DNA of 63,751 nucleotides, counting the filler. It is 9 parts of 9 records of this genome, joined end to end, with 100 filler letters (N's around TTAATTAATTAA, not from the genome) between each part and the next. Parts side by side here need not be neighbours in the genome. Positions count along the whole stretch, not along the records: positions 9,573 to 32,286 come from SRR20825010_2270; 8 more parts are not named here. The stretch is one strand, 5' to 3'. Position numbers and translations under genes: made by a program. Below the pieces are notes generated by a model. That model was not told the origin of the DNA and made no database searches. It was given only the letters and a program-made list of their open reading frames with translations. This document shows positions 9,574 to 19,478 of this stretch, in pieces. Within the stretch, counting starts at the first letter, position 1; the number at the start of each line of letters is the position of its first letter.

Positions 9574-12500
9574 GCCGGCACCGGCAAGACCTTTACCCTG
9601 GCGTTGCTGTACGTGCGCCTGGTACTGGGCCATCGCACCGTGGAGGAGCCACTCGGTGAGGGCATCATGCCGCCCAACCTGTTGGTGGTGACCTTTACCG
9701 AGGCCGCCACCAAGGAACTCCGGGACCGGATTCGCGCCCGCCTGACCGAAGCAGCGGCGTTATTCGCGGCTGAACCGGACACTGTCGACACCGCGGCGAT
9801 GTCAAAAGACCCACTGGTGAATCTGCGCAATGCCTGCCCAGCGACCGACTGGCCAGCCTGCCGCCGCAAACTGCTGTTGGCCGCGGAATGGATGGACGAG
9901 GCTGCCGTGTCCACCATCCACGGCTGGTGCAATCGCATGCTCAGCGAACATGCCTTCGACAGCGGCAGCCTGTTCCGTCAGACCCTGGAGACCAGTCAGA
10001 CGGACCTGCTGGATGACGTTGTGAGGGATTACTGGCGTACCTTTATCTACCCCATGCCACCGGAGTTGATGGGGGAGGTGCTGGACACCTGGAAAACCCC
10101 GGAAAGCCTGCGCCAGTCAGTGCGCAACCTGTTGCCACACGTTGATGCCCTGCCAGTGCCGGAACGTGACCCACTGGCCGCTGCGGAGGAAGCGAAACGC
10201 CTGCGGGAGGTGGAACTGCAGGCTCTGAAAGCCCCCTGGCCGGCCTGGTGCGACGAACTGGAAGAGCTGTTGGCGGAAACCACGAAGCGAAAGCCGAAAC
10301 CGCTGCATGGCACCACCAAAAACTCCCTTCAAAAAGCCGTGGAACACCTTCGAGAATGGGCCACAACCGATGCGGCTGAACCGCATGAGTTCTTGTCGAG
10401 CAAGCGCACCAAGGGTTTCGATACCCTGGAGGCGGACGCGTTTGCCGAAAAATGGACCGGCGAGGATGAGCCTCCGCATCATCCTGCCATGGACGCCATC
10501 ACCGAACTCAAACCGGCATTGAAAACCATGCCGGTGGCGAAAGCGGACATTCTCAACCATGCCGCCTGCTGGATCGCCCGTCGCCTGGACAGCGAAAAAC
10601 AGCGCCTGGCCAGTATGGGCTTTGACGACCTGCTCACGCGACTGGATGCCGCGTTGGGCGGCCCCCAGGGCGAACGCCTGGCAGGCACTATTCGTCGGCA
10701 GTTTCCGGTGGCGATGATCGATGAATTCCAGGATACCGACCCGGTGCAGTACCGGATTTTTGACCGTATATACCGGGTGGCCAGCAACGACCAGGACACC
10801 AGCCTGTTGATGATTGGCGACCCCAAACAAGCGATTTACGGTTTCCGTGGCGCTGATATCTACACCTATCTGGATGCCCGTCGGGCGGTCAGCAGCCGAA
10901 CCTACACGCTGGGGACCAACTACCGCTCAGCTGTCGCCATGGTAGACGGCGTCAACCGGGTATTCGCCCAGGCCGACCAGTCCCTGCCCGAAGGGGCCTT
11001 CCTGTTTCGAGCCGGGGACGACAACCCGTTGCCCTTCAGCCCCGTGGAGGCCAAAGGTACCGGCCAGCAATGGCTTGTTAACGGGCAGCCGCGACCACCA
11101 CTGACGTTCTGGACCCTGACCGATGAGCGCCCTATCGCCAAGGAAACCGGCAGGGAGGCCATGGCCGAGGCCTGTGCGGCGGAGATTGCCCGCCTGTTGA
11201 ATCTGGGGCAGAGCGGCGAGGCGGGCTTTGGGGCCGAGGGCACGCCGTTTGAGCCCGTGCGACCGGAGCACATTGCTGTGCTGGTCAACAAACGTGACGA
11301 GGCGAATGCCGTCCGGCGATCATTGGGCGCCCGGGGCGTTCGCAGTGTGTACCTCTCAGACCGTAATTCCGTGCTGCAGTCGGTCCAGTCGGTGGAGATG
11401 TTGCAGTGGCTGCAGGCCTGCGCCGAACCGGGCCAGCTTCCGCTGATTCGCGCGGCACTCGCCACGCCCACCATGGGCCTGGCTTATCAGGAGCTGGACC
11501 GTCTGTTCAGTGACGAAAATGCGCTGGACCGCGAGATCAACCGCTTTCAGGGCTACCGTGAACTCTGGCAGCAACAGGGCGTACTGCCGATGCTGCGGCG
11601 CCTGCTGATGGACTATGACGTGCCGGCGAAGCTGCTGTCCGGGCCTGACGGCGAACGCGGCCTGACCGACATTCTGCATATTGCCGAACTGCTTCAGCAG
11701 GACAGCCAGCAGCTGGACGGCGAACATGCGCTCATTCACCACTACACCGAGATGTTGCAGGATTCCGACGATGAGGACGAACACCGCACCATGCGCCTGG
11801 AAAGTGATGCCGGGCTGGTCAAGGTGGTTACTGTCCACAAGTCCAAAGGCCTGGAGTACCCGTTGGTGTTCCTGCCGTTTGCCACCGAATTCCGCGAGGA
11901 AAAGCCGAACCAGTCGTTTATCAAGTACCACGACGACGAGGGCCGGCTGCAGATTTCCCTGGAGCCGGATGAAGACACCCTGGCAAGGGCCGACCGCGAA
12001 CGACTGGGTGAGGATATTCGCAAACTCTACGTTGCCCTGACCCGATCCCGTCACGCCACCTGGGTTGGCGCCAGCGGCATCAAAGGCTGGCGGCAGAGTG
12101 GTCTGGGGCACCTGATTGGCCGCTCTGCCAGCGATGAAGACACGGACCTGATGCCCTTCCTGCAGTCCGTGGCCACCGGCGAGCCCGCAATCGATGTGGC
12201 GCCCATGCCTGAGCCAGGAGACGACGTTTACGCGGGCGACGAGGAGCCGGAGCTTGGCAACGCCCTGGAGCCAGTGCGGGAAGCCCGGGAAAACTGGTGG
12301 ATCGCAAGCTATTCCGCGATCACCTATGGCGCCCGCGGTGGCTACGGGAACGACTTCGCACCGGCCAGTGAGGATGCGGAGCAGGAGAACCTGCGTGACG
12401 AGGACGAGCCCGTTGTGGCCGATACCCTGGCCGCAATGATTCCCGACTGGCAAGGGCCGCAACCGGTCAACCAGCATGCTTTCCCGAAAGGCTCCGGCCC

Positions 12501-13209
12501 CGGCACCTTCCTGCATGATATTCTGGAGTGGTGCGCTGGAGAGGGGTTCCATAAGGTGGCTGATGCGCCGGAGGATCTCCACGAGCTGCTGGAGCGACGC
12601 TGCCAGTTACGCAACTGGAGTGATTGGACTGACACCCTGAAAACCTGGATCTACACCCTGATCACCATGGACATCCCGCTTCCGGGCAGCAGCAGGACAT
12701 GCTCCCTGGCGGGCCTTGAAACCTTTCGGCCGGAACTGGAGTTCTGGTTTGAAAGCCATGAGGTGAACACCCTCGCCATGGACAGACTGGTCCGCCGGCA
12801 TACGCTGGGTGGTGATCCGCGTCCCGAGGCTCAGCAAGCCACCTTCAATGGCATGCTGAAAGGGTTTATCGACCTGGTGTTTGAACACGAAGGCCGCTAC
12901 TACGTGCTGGACTACAAGTCGAACTTCCTGGGGGAGGACGATCAGGCCTATATCCCTGACGTGATGAAAGACAAAATCCTTGAGAAACGGTATGACCTGC
13001 AGTACGTCATCTACCTGCTGGCGTTGCACCGCCTGTTGAAAGCGCGCCTGCCGGACTACGATTACGACAGCCACATGGGAGGTGCCGTCTACCTGTTCCT
13101 GCGTGGCTGCGATGCACCGGGCGCCGGCGCTTTTACCGAACGACCGGACAGGGCCCTGATTGAGGAACTGGACCGGCTGTTCAGCGGCCAGGGGGAGAAA
13201 GCAGCATGA
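9574..13209 (+). CDS. recB: Exodeoxyribonuclease V beta subunit (extreme N-terminus missing)
   Basis: AGTGKT Walker A at the contig edge; IDEFQDTD, GDPKQAIY, TVHKSKGLE; C-terminal GFIDL...LDYKS nuclease. Confidence 0.97.
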   Translation, partial: AGTGKTFTLALLYVRLVLGHRTVEEPLGEGIMPPNLLVVTFTEAATKELRDRIRARLTEAAALFAAEPDTVDTAAMSKDPLVNLRNACPATDWPACRRKLLLAAEWMDEAAVSTIHGWCNRMLSEHAFDSGSLFRQTLETSQTDLLDDVVRDYWRTFIYPMPPELMGEVLDTWKTPESLRQSVRNLLPHVDALPVPERDPLAAAEEAKRLREVELQALKAPWPAWCDELEELLAETTKRKPKPLHGTTKNSLQKAVEHLREWATTDAAEPHEFLSSKRTKGFDTLEADAFAEKWTGEDEPPHHPAMDAITELKPALKTMPVAKADILNHAACWIARRLDSEKQRLASMGFDDLLTRLDAALGGPQGERLAGTIRRQFPVAMIDEFQDTDPVQYRIFDRIYRVASNDQDTSLLMIGDPKQAIYGFRGADIYTYLDARRAVSSRTYTLGTNYRSAVAMVDGVNRVFAQADQSLPEGAFLFRAGDDNPLPFSPVEAKGTGQQWLVNGQPRPPLTFWTLTDERPIAKETGREAMAEACAAEIARLLNLGQSGEAGFGAEGTPFEPVRPEHIAVLVNKRDEANAVRRSLGARGVRSVYLSDRNSVLQSVQSVEMLQWLQACAEPGQLPLIRAALATPTMGLAYQELDRLFSDENALDREINRFQGYRELWQQQGVLPMLRRLLMDYDVPAKLLSGPDGERGLTDILHIAELLQQDSQQLDGEHALIHHYTEMLQDSDDEDEHRTMRLESDAGLVKVVTVHKSKGLEYPLVFLPFATEFREEKPNQSFIKYHDDEGRLQISLEPDEDTLARADRERLGEDIRKLYVALTRSRHATWVGASGIKGWRQSGLGHLIGRSASDEDTDLMPFLQSVATGEPAIDVAPMPEPGDDVYAGDEEPELGNALEPVREARENWWIASYSAITYGARGGYGNDFAPASEDAEQENLRDEDEPVVADTLAAMIPDWQGPQPVNQHAFPKGSGPGTFLHDILEWCAGEGFHKVADAPEDLHELLERRCQLRNWSDWTDTLKTWIYTLITMDIPLPGSSRTCSLAGLETFRPELEFWFESHEVNTLAMDRLVRRHTLGGDPRPEAQQATFNGMLKGFIDLVFEHEGRYYVLDYKSNFLGEDDQAYIPDVMKDKILEKRYDLQYVIYLLALHRLLKARLPDYDYDSHMGGAVYLFLRGCDAPGAGAFTERPDRALIEELDRLFSGQGEKAA

Positions 13210-15377
13210 CCGGAGAAAGCGGAACCATTGCGGACCTGTTCGACGCCGTTGAGCCCGAACCGGCACCACGGTTGCCCCAAACCGCTGCCGACGCTCTGGC
13301 CCTGCTGGATGAGTGGGTGGAGCGCGACTGGATTCGTGCCCTCGATCATGCCTTCGCGACGTTTGTTTGCACGATGGTCCGTGAACAGGGAGAGCAGCCG
13401 GTGGCCATGCTTGCGCTGCTGTCAGCGATGGTGTCACACCAGGTGGGGCGGGGGCACGTTTGCCTGGATGTGCGTCATCTCTGTCGTGCCACGGAACCAA
13501 CGCTGGTGCTGCCGCCGGAAGGCGTCGGTTCTCTACCTGAAAACAGCCCTAGGCCGTCGGATCTGTTTGCCAGTGTCGACGCTGACCAACTGATTGGGAT
13601 GCTGGGACAAAGCTGCGCTGTCAGCAACGGCGAGCAGGCAGCACCGCTGGTATTGGATGGCTCGCGGCTGTACCTGCGTCGATTCTGGCGCTATGAGCAG
13701 GCTATTGCCGCCGGTATTCGGGCACGTCTCGACAACCGTGTGGCGTTGACGGATACCGCTCCGTTGAAAACGGCACTGGATACCCTGTTCGGCACGGAAA
13801 ACGATTCCGATGGCCCGCCGGATTATCAAAAAGTGGCCTGTGCCCTGGCAGCACGGAACCGCTTCAGTGTCATTACCGGCGGTCCCGGCACCGGTAAAAC
13901 CACCACGGTAGTCAACCTGCTGGCGGCTTTGCAGTCGATGGCTTGTGAATCGGCTGAGACCGCCGGTGCCAACCCTTACCTGCGCATCCGCCTCTCGGCG
14001 CCAACCGGAAAAGCGGCCGCAAGGCTCAGTGAGTCCATCGGGGGTGCCGTTGACCGTCTGCCGCTGGAAAGCCTGCCGGGTGCACCGGATAAATCCGCCA
14101 TTCCAACCCAGGTCACTACATTACACCGGCTGTTGGGCAGTCGCCCGGGTTCACGGAGTTTTCGTCACAACGAGGACAATCCGTTGCCATTGGATATCCT
14201 GGTGATTGATGAAGCGTCCATGGTGGATGTGGACCTGATGGCGTCGGTCTTTGCCGCCCTGCCCGACAAGGCCAGGCTGATTATGCTGGGGGACAAGGAT
14301 CAACTGGCGTCGGTGGACGCTGGTGCGGTGTTGGGGGAGCTCTGCCAGCGCGCCGAAGGCGCACACTACCCGCCGCAAACGGCGCAATGGCTGCAAGCGG
14401 TGACCGGATGTCAATTGCCATCAGAGCTGCTGGACTCCGAAGGCCTGGCCCTGGACCAAGCGGTTGCTATGCTGCGAAAGAGCTATCGGTTTGACGAGCA
14501 TAGCGGTATCGGTGTGCTGGCGTCGGCCACCAATGCGGGCCAGCTCAGCAGGGAATTGATCGGCCAATGCCGCAACCAGGGCTTTGAGGATGTGGCCTGG
14601 CTGACTGGTGAGAACGACATGGGGTGGTTGGCAAATCACGCCCTGACCGGCAGCCCGGAACGCTTCCACAACCAGGGCATGCAGCGCGTGGTTGGCACTG
14701 CGCCGGTTGATCCTCCGGTTGGCTACGGCCACTATCTAAAGCTGATTCGTGACCGCAAACCTGTCATCGACGTCGAGGCGGATGGGCGTGAATCATGGGA
14801 CGCCTGGGCAACCGAAGTGCTCACGGCGTTCAATCGCTTCAAGGTGCTTTGCGCGTTGCGTCAGGGACCGTTCGGAGTGGAAGGGCTGAACCATGACATT
14901 GCCGGGCGTTTACATAGTGCCGGGTTGATCGAGCGCACCGACGGTTGGTACGCCGGTCGTCCGGTACTGATCACCGGAAACGACTATAATCTGGGCCTGA
15001 TGAATGGCGATATCGGTATTACCCTGAGCGTGCCCTGGGATCGTAACGACGCGGGTGAGCCGGTTGAGACCCTGAGGGTCGCCTTTCCGTCCAGTGACGG
15101 TAGCGGAGGTGTCCGATGGATATCGCCCAGCCGTTTGCAATCGATGGAAACGGTCTACGCCATGACCGTGCACAAGTCCCAGGGTTCGGAATTCACCCAC
15201 GCCTGCCTGGTGATTCCGGACCGCCTGACCCCGGTGTTGACCCGGGAGCTGGTATACACCGGCATCACCCGGGCACGCCACTGGCTCAGCCTGGCGGTAT
15301 GCCAGGACGGTGTGCTGAAAGAGGCAGTGGGGCGTAGCGTGATCAGGGCGTCAGGGCTGGCTGGGTTGTTGGCTTGA
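13206..15377 (+). CDS. recD: Exodeoxyribonuclease V alpha subunit
   Basis: GGPGTGKTT, IDEASM, GDKDQL, TVHKSQGSE; ATGA overlap with recB. Confidence 0.97.
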   Translation: MTGESGTIADLFDAVEPEPAPRLPQTAADALALLDEWVERDWIRALDHAFATFVCTMVREQGEQPVAMLALLSAMVSHQVGRGHVCLDVRHLCRATEPTLVLPPEGVGSLPENSPRPSDLFASVDADQLIGMLGQSCAVSNGEQAAPLVLDGSRLYLRRFWRYEQAIAAGIRARLDNRVALTDTAPLKTALDTLFGTENDSDGPPDYQKVACALAARNRFSVITGGPGTGKTTTVVNLLAALQSMACESAETAGANPYLRIRLSAPTGKAAARLSESIGGAVDRLPLESLPGAPDKSAIPTQVTTLHRLLGSRPGSRSFRHNEDNPLPLDILVIDEASMVDVDLMASVFAALPDKARLIMLGDKDQLASVDAGAVLGELCQRAEGAHYPPQTAQWLQAVTGCQLPSELLDSEGLALDQAVAMLRKSYRFDEHSGIGVLASATNAGQLSRELIGQCRNQGFEDVAWLTGENDMGWLANHALTGSPERFHNQGMQRVVGTAPVDPPVGYGHYLKLIRDRKPVIDVEADGRESWDAWATEVLTAFNRFKVLCALRQGPFGVEGLNHDIAGRLHSAGLIERTDGWYAGRPVLITGNDYNLGLMNGDIGITLSVPWDRNDAGEPVETLRVAFPSSDGSGGVRWISPSRLQSMETVYAMTVHKSQGSEFTHACLVIPDRLTPVLTRELVYTGITRARHWLSLAVCQDGVLKEAVGRSVIRASGLAGLLA

Positions 15378-15412
15378 AGCGTCTATTGTTAACCCTTATA
15401 GGGAGAAAGCAC

Positions 15413-15871
15413 ATGAGAGGAGTCGTGTCGGTACCTGGGCATGTGGCAATTCTGTTTGCTCTGCTTTTCCTGGCCGGTTGCGTCGGGTCACCTGCTACCA
15501 GCCGTTCAGCCGATGACATCGTGGCGATGCCGTTGACCAACACCTATTGGCAGCTGTTGAGCATCGGGGGTGAACCGGTGTCAGAAACCAACGCCGACCA
15601 GAAACCCCACATTCTGTTTCTGGACGACGGCCGGGTAAGTGGCTTCAGTGGCTGCAATCAATACATGGGTAACTATCAGGTCACGGGTGAGAACCTGCTG
15701 TTTGATTCCATGAGCAGCACTCGCAGGGCCTGCCCGGATAATCAGACGGAACAGTTGCTGTTCGCGGCCCTGGCGAAGACCGTTGGTGTCAATCTCGAAG
15801 GCATCGAGCTTCGGTTGTTGGGTGAAGCCGGCGAAGAGTTGGCAGTGTTCGAAGCCTCACGGATGAAATAA
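15413..15871 (+). CDS. META/HslJ domain lipoprotein
   Basis: Lipobox LAGC; GFSGCNQY and STRRAC; RBS GGGAGA before ATG 15413. Confidence 0.88.
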   Translation: MRGVVSVPGHVAILFALLFLAGCVGSPATSRSADDIVAMPLTNTYWQLLSIGGEPVSETNADQKPHILFLDDGRVSGFSGCNQYMGNYQVTGENLLFDSMSSTRRACPDNQTEQLLFAALAKTVGVNLEGIELRLLGEAGEELAVFEASRMK

Positions 15872-15882
15872 GGCGCCGGTCG

Positions 15883-16413
15883 TCAGGCGTCAGACAGACA
15901 GTCGGCCATGAAGCCCCTGAATTCGATCACCAGCCGCGCCAGGCTGTTTTCCAGGCGGTGTCCGTCCGGAAGTACCAGCAACGGCAACTTCTGCTCCCGT
16001 GCCAGCTCAATCACCGGCATCGGCAGCACCACATCGTCGTCCCAGCCGTGAATGATCTGGGTGTGCCGGGCCTGAATCCGGGGGCTGGATTGCGGATAGG
16101 CCGACATCGCCAAAGCCGGCGCCAGAAGGAAGCACCCCAGTACCGGTGTTTCTGCACTGGTGCGAGCACACACCCAGCCTCCCATGCTGGACCCGGCCAG
16201 GATGGTCCTTTCCGGGTCGGCACCCGCCTCGGAGATGGCTTCTCTCATCTGTGTGAGGCGTTCGGCGGGATCTTTCGTGCTGCGATGATCCACGGCAATC
16301 GCGGTGACACCGGGTAAGGTTTCCGCTTCGGCTTTCAGCGCCTGTACTTTGGTGCCTCCAGGGCCACTTTCCAGGCCGTGGGACAGGAAAACATGAAATT
16401 CGGGCGTGGCCAT
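15883..16413 (-). CDS. YqiA/YcfP-like alpha/beta hydrolase
   Basis: HGLES, GSSMG nucleophile elbow, HGWDD, GH. Confidence 0.85.
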   Translation of the reverse strand: MATPEFHVFLSHGLESGPGGTKVQALKAEAETLPGVTAIAVDHRSTKDPAERLTQMREAISEAGADPERTILAGSSMGGWVCARTSAETPVLGCFLLAPALAMSAYPQSSPRIQARHTQIIHGWDDDVVLPMPVIELAREQKLPLLVLPDGHRLENSLARLVIEFRGFMADCLSDA

Positions 16414-16432
16414 GGTTGTCTCCGGTAAGAGG

Positions 16433-17437
16433 TCAGTGTCGGGTGGCGGCCAGGATATCCAGCGCGTGCCGCCGTTTCTCGGGGTCGTACAGATCCACGG
16501 TAAACATCAGTTCGTCCACGTCCACAGTCTGCAATAACCGATCCAGCTGCTCCCGGAGAGTGTCCTCACTGCCCAGCAACTGCAGCGACAGGAAGTCCTT
16601 CACGCCTGCCTGCTCACCGCTGTTCCATAAACCTTCCATGGACTTGACCGGGGGCCGCATCCACAGTGGTTGGCCCCGGAACAGGGAAAGAATGCGCTGG
16701 TAACTGGTGGTGGCCAGGAACTGGGCCTCCTCGTCGGTGTCCGCAGGCACGGCCGGAACGGCCAGAATCACATAGGGTTTGTCCAGTTGGTCCGAAGGCT
16801 GGAAGTTGTCCCGGTAAGTCTGGATCGCCTCGCGGTAAAGCCGGGGCGCGAAGTGGCCGGCAAAGGCGTAGGGTAGCCCCCGCATCGCGGCAAGCTGCGC
16901 GCTGTAAAGGCTGGAGCCCAGCAGCCAGATGGGCACATTGGTGCCGGCGCCGGGAATGGCCTTGACCGGCTGTCCCGGCTGGAGTGGCCCCAGCAAAGAC
17001 TGCAGACGCGCGACATCCTCGGGGAACTGTTCTGCCCCGAGACCGTCCCGGCGCAGCGCCCGGCTGGTTATGGGGTCGGTGCCCGGAGCTCGGCCCAGGC
17101 CAAGGTCAATCCGGCCGGGATAGAGGCTTTCCAGGGTGCCGAACTGCTCGGCGATCACCAGCGGCGGATGGTTGGGCAGCATGATACCCCCGGACCCTAC
17201 CCGGAGAGTGCTGGTAGCACCGGCAATGTGCCCGACCAGTACGGCCGTTGCGGAGCTGCTTATGCCTTCCATGTTGTGATGCTCGGCCAGCCAGAAGCGG
17301 TTAAAGCCCAGGTTTTCCGCATGGCGGGCGTAGGCGACGCTGTTGGCCAGGGTCTGCCCCACGGAATCGCCTTCGCGAACGGAGGCCAGCTCAAGAAGGG
17401 AATAGGCAGGGAATTGGGCGCTGGAATTCTGCGACAT
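16433..17437 (-). CDS. LLM-class flavin-dependent oxidoreductase (YhbW-like)
   Basis: [30 protein letters not shown]; start set at MSQN, which has a GGAG RBS. Confidence 0.92.
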   Translation of the reverse strand: MSQNSSAQFPAYSLLELASVREGDSVGQTLANSVAYARHAENLGFNRFWLAEHHNMEGISSSATAVLVGHIAGATSTLRVGSGGIMLPNHPPLVIAEQFGTLESLYPGRIDLGLGRAPGTDPITSRALRRDGLGAEQFPEDVARLQSLLGPLQPGQPVKAIPGAGTNVPIWLLGSSLYSAQLAAMRGLPYAFAGHFAPRLYREAIQTYRDNFQPSDQLDKPYVILAVPAVPADTDEEAQFLATTSYQRILSLFRGQPLWMRPPVKSMEGLWNSGEQAGVKDFLSLQLLGSEDTLREQLDRLLQTVDVDELMFTVDLYDPEKRRHALDILAATRH

Positions 17438-17471
17438 TGAATGCTCCGGGTTTGAACTATCCGGCAGCATA

Positions 17472-17503
17472 ACAAAAACCGGCCCGCTATGAAGCGGGCC
17501 AGG
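17472..17503 (-). terminator. Intrinsic terminator of the nucleotidase gene
   Basis: Stem GGCCCGCT/AGCGGGCC with a T-tract on the minus strand, just past the stop. Confidence 0.8.
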
Positions 17504-17515
17504 GGATGGTTGCCG

Positions 17516-19351
17516 TTACGGTGCTGGTGGCGTGTAGGACTGGGTCGAGTAGTCATCCATCGCGGGTTTGCTGATGGTGCCCTGCTCGCTGACGTAGTCC
17601 ACGAAGGACTGGGCGTAGTCGAGGAAGGTGTCCTCCGAGCGGCCGTCGTCGGTGACGGTGCCGAAGGTCACATAACCGTCCCGTCCGCCACCGGTGAAAC
17701 TGTTGGTGACCACGTTCAGGGTTTCACCATCGGTGAGGGCGCGCCATTGGGTCTCGTCGCGGCCTTTCACTTCGATGTTGTACAGTTGGTCACCCTCGGC
17801 GCGGCTCATGTCCACGTTCCAGCGTAAGCCGGCGGCGTAAGGGTAGGCACCGGTGGAGCCATCGGGCGCATGGGCAAAGGCGACAGCTTCGTTCAGCACC
17901 TGGCGGATTTCGGCGCCTGTCATGGTCAGATCGACCAGGGTATTGGCAAACGGCAACAGGGTATAGCCGTCGCCGATGGTGATGTCGCCGGCCTCAATGT
18001 CCGTGCGTACGCCGCCAGCGTTCTGGATCGACACATCGGCATTCTTGCTCTGGAACAGGAAGGCCTGGGCTACCACATTGGGGATGTCACCCCCACGCGC
18101 TCCTGTCGTGCCTGCACAGCTGGGCAGACTGCTGGTGCCCTGGCCGGGAATGCGATCCAGGCAGAGGTCTTCGGTTGCGGTACCCACCACCTCATTGCGG
18201 AAAGTGTCCAGTTGCTGGGTGTAATTGGCCAGGGCGTTTGCCACTGTGGCGTCTTCGGTGACGATGCTCAACTGCGGAGCAGATTCGACGGCGTCCATGA
18301 TCGCCTGTAATTCCGCACCTTCGGGTGTGTATTCGTTACCACCGCCGTCTTCACGGACAATGTCGTCGCCCAATAGCAGGTGAGGCACACCGACACAGGA
18401 TTCCACCACGCCGTCTGCGTTCCATTGAACATTGAGTTCACCCACCACCTGGGAATACTGCCAGGCCTGCGCGACACAAACCTTGTCACCGTCGGCGTTG
18501 GTCAACTCGGTGGGATAGGCTCCGGAGGACGTCAGGCCGAAGTCGTCGAAGTCACCCAGCAGGGAGTGGGAATCGCCGCCAATGATCACGTCCACACCGG
18601 ACAGGGCTCCGGCCAGTACCAGATCATTTTCGTACTGGTAGTGAGTTAGCAGGATGATCTTGTTGACGCCATCGGCCTCCAATTCGTTAATGGCTTCCTG
18701 GGCGCTCTCGGTTTCGTCTAGAAATTGTGTGGTGTCCAGCGGGCTGGAGCTGTTCTGGGTCTTGTTGGCGATGTCGATGCCGACAATACCCACTTTCTGG
18801 CCGGCGACCTCCTTCACCACATAGGGTTTGATGTAATCGTCAACAGCGGTCGGGGCCAGGGGAGTGCCAACCTGGGGCACTACGTTGGCTGCCAGAACCG
18901 GCGTCTGGCAACTGCCGCTGGCGAGGAAATCCAGGAACTTCTTCAGGCCTTCATCGCCACGGTCGAACTCGTGGTTGCCCAGCGCAAAGGCGTCGAAACA
19001 CACCAGGTTCATCAGCTCGGCATCGGCTTCACCTTCGTAGGAGGTGAAGTACAAAGTGCCGGTGATGGCATCGCCGGCGTGCAGTTTCAGCACATTGTCC
19101 AGGGCCATCTCACGCTCGGCAATCTTGGCGGCGACACGGGGGAAGCCCCCGGCGGAGAACTCGGTTTCCTGCCCTGCGATGGTCAGGGACTGCGAGCCGC
19201 TTTCAAGGTGTGAGTGGTGATCGTTGATGTGGAGAACGTTCAGGCTCAGCGGGCTGGCGGTGTTATCGTTGCTGCTGTTGTCGTCATCGTCGCTGTCACA
19301 ACCGACCAGTGCGACGAGAGGGAGTACTACCCAGGCTGACTTACGGATCAT
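17516..19351 (-). CDS. 5'-nucleotidase / NAD nucleotidase lipoprotein (NadN/UshA-like)
   Basis: Lipobox LVGC; HINDHH, AGD, GNHEFD, GGDSH, NAGGVR. Confidence 0.92.
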   Translation of the reverse strand: MIRKSAWVVLPLVALVGCDSDDDDNSSNDNTASPLSLNVLHINDHHSHLESGSQSLTIAGQETEFSAGGFPRVAAKIAEREMALDNVLKLHAGDAITGTLYFTSYEGEADAELMNLVCFDAFALGNHEFDRGDEGLKKFLDFLASGSCQTPVLAANVVPQVGTPLAPTAVDDYIKPYVVKEVAGQKVGIVGIDIANKTQNSSSPLDTTQFLDETESAQEAINELEADGVNKIILLTHYQYENDLVLAGALSGVDVIIGGDSHSLLGDFDDFGLTSSGAYPTELTNADGDKVCVAQAWQYSQVVGELNVQWNADGVVESCVGVPHLLLGDDIVREDGGGNEYTPEGAELQAIMDAVESAPQLSIVTEDATVANALANYTQQLDTFRNEVVGTATEDLCLDRIPGQGTSSLPSCAGTTGARGGDIPNVVAQAFLFQSKNADVSIQNAGGVRTDIEAGDITIGDGYTLLPFANTLVDLTMTGAEIRQVLNEAVAFAHAPDGSTGAYPYAAGLRWNVDMSRAEGDQLYNIEVKGRDETQWRALTDGETLNVVTNSFTGGGRDGYVTFGTVTDDGRSEDTFLDYAQSFVDYVSEQGTISKPAMDDYSTQSYTPPAP

Positions 19352-19436
19352 TTCCTTGCTCCTGTGTTTGATTTATCCCCCGCATGTTCCGCTTCCCGGA
19401 TGTCAGTGATGTGATGCTTTTGTTGCCGAAATAAGA

Positions 19437-19460
19437 AACGCCCGCTCGGAGGCGGGCGTT
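19437..19460 (-). terminator. Hairpin terminator after exeM
   Basis: AACGCCCGCT-CGGA-GGCGGGCGTT followed by a T-rich tail on the minus strand. Confidence 0.7.
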
Positions 19461-19478
19461 AACGGGTACAGCTCGTTG

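Noticed and set aside
11356-12582. 408-aa antisense ORF
   Set aside because: Lies entirely opposite recB; high-GC codon-bias shadow with no motifs.
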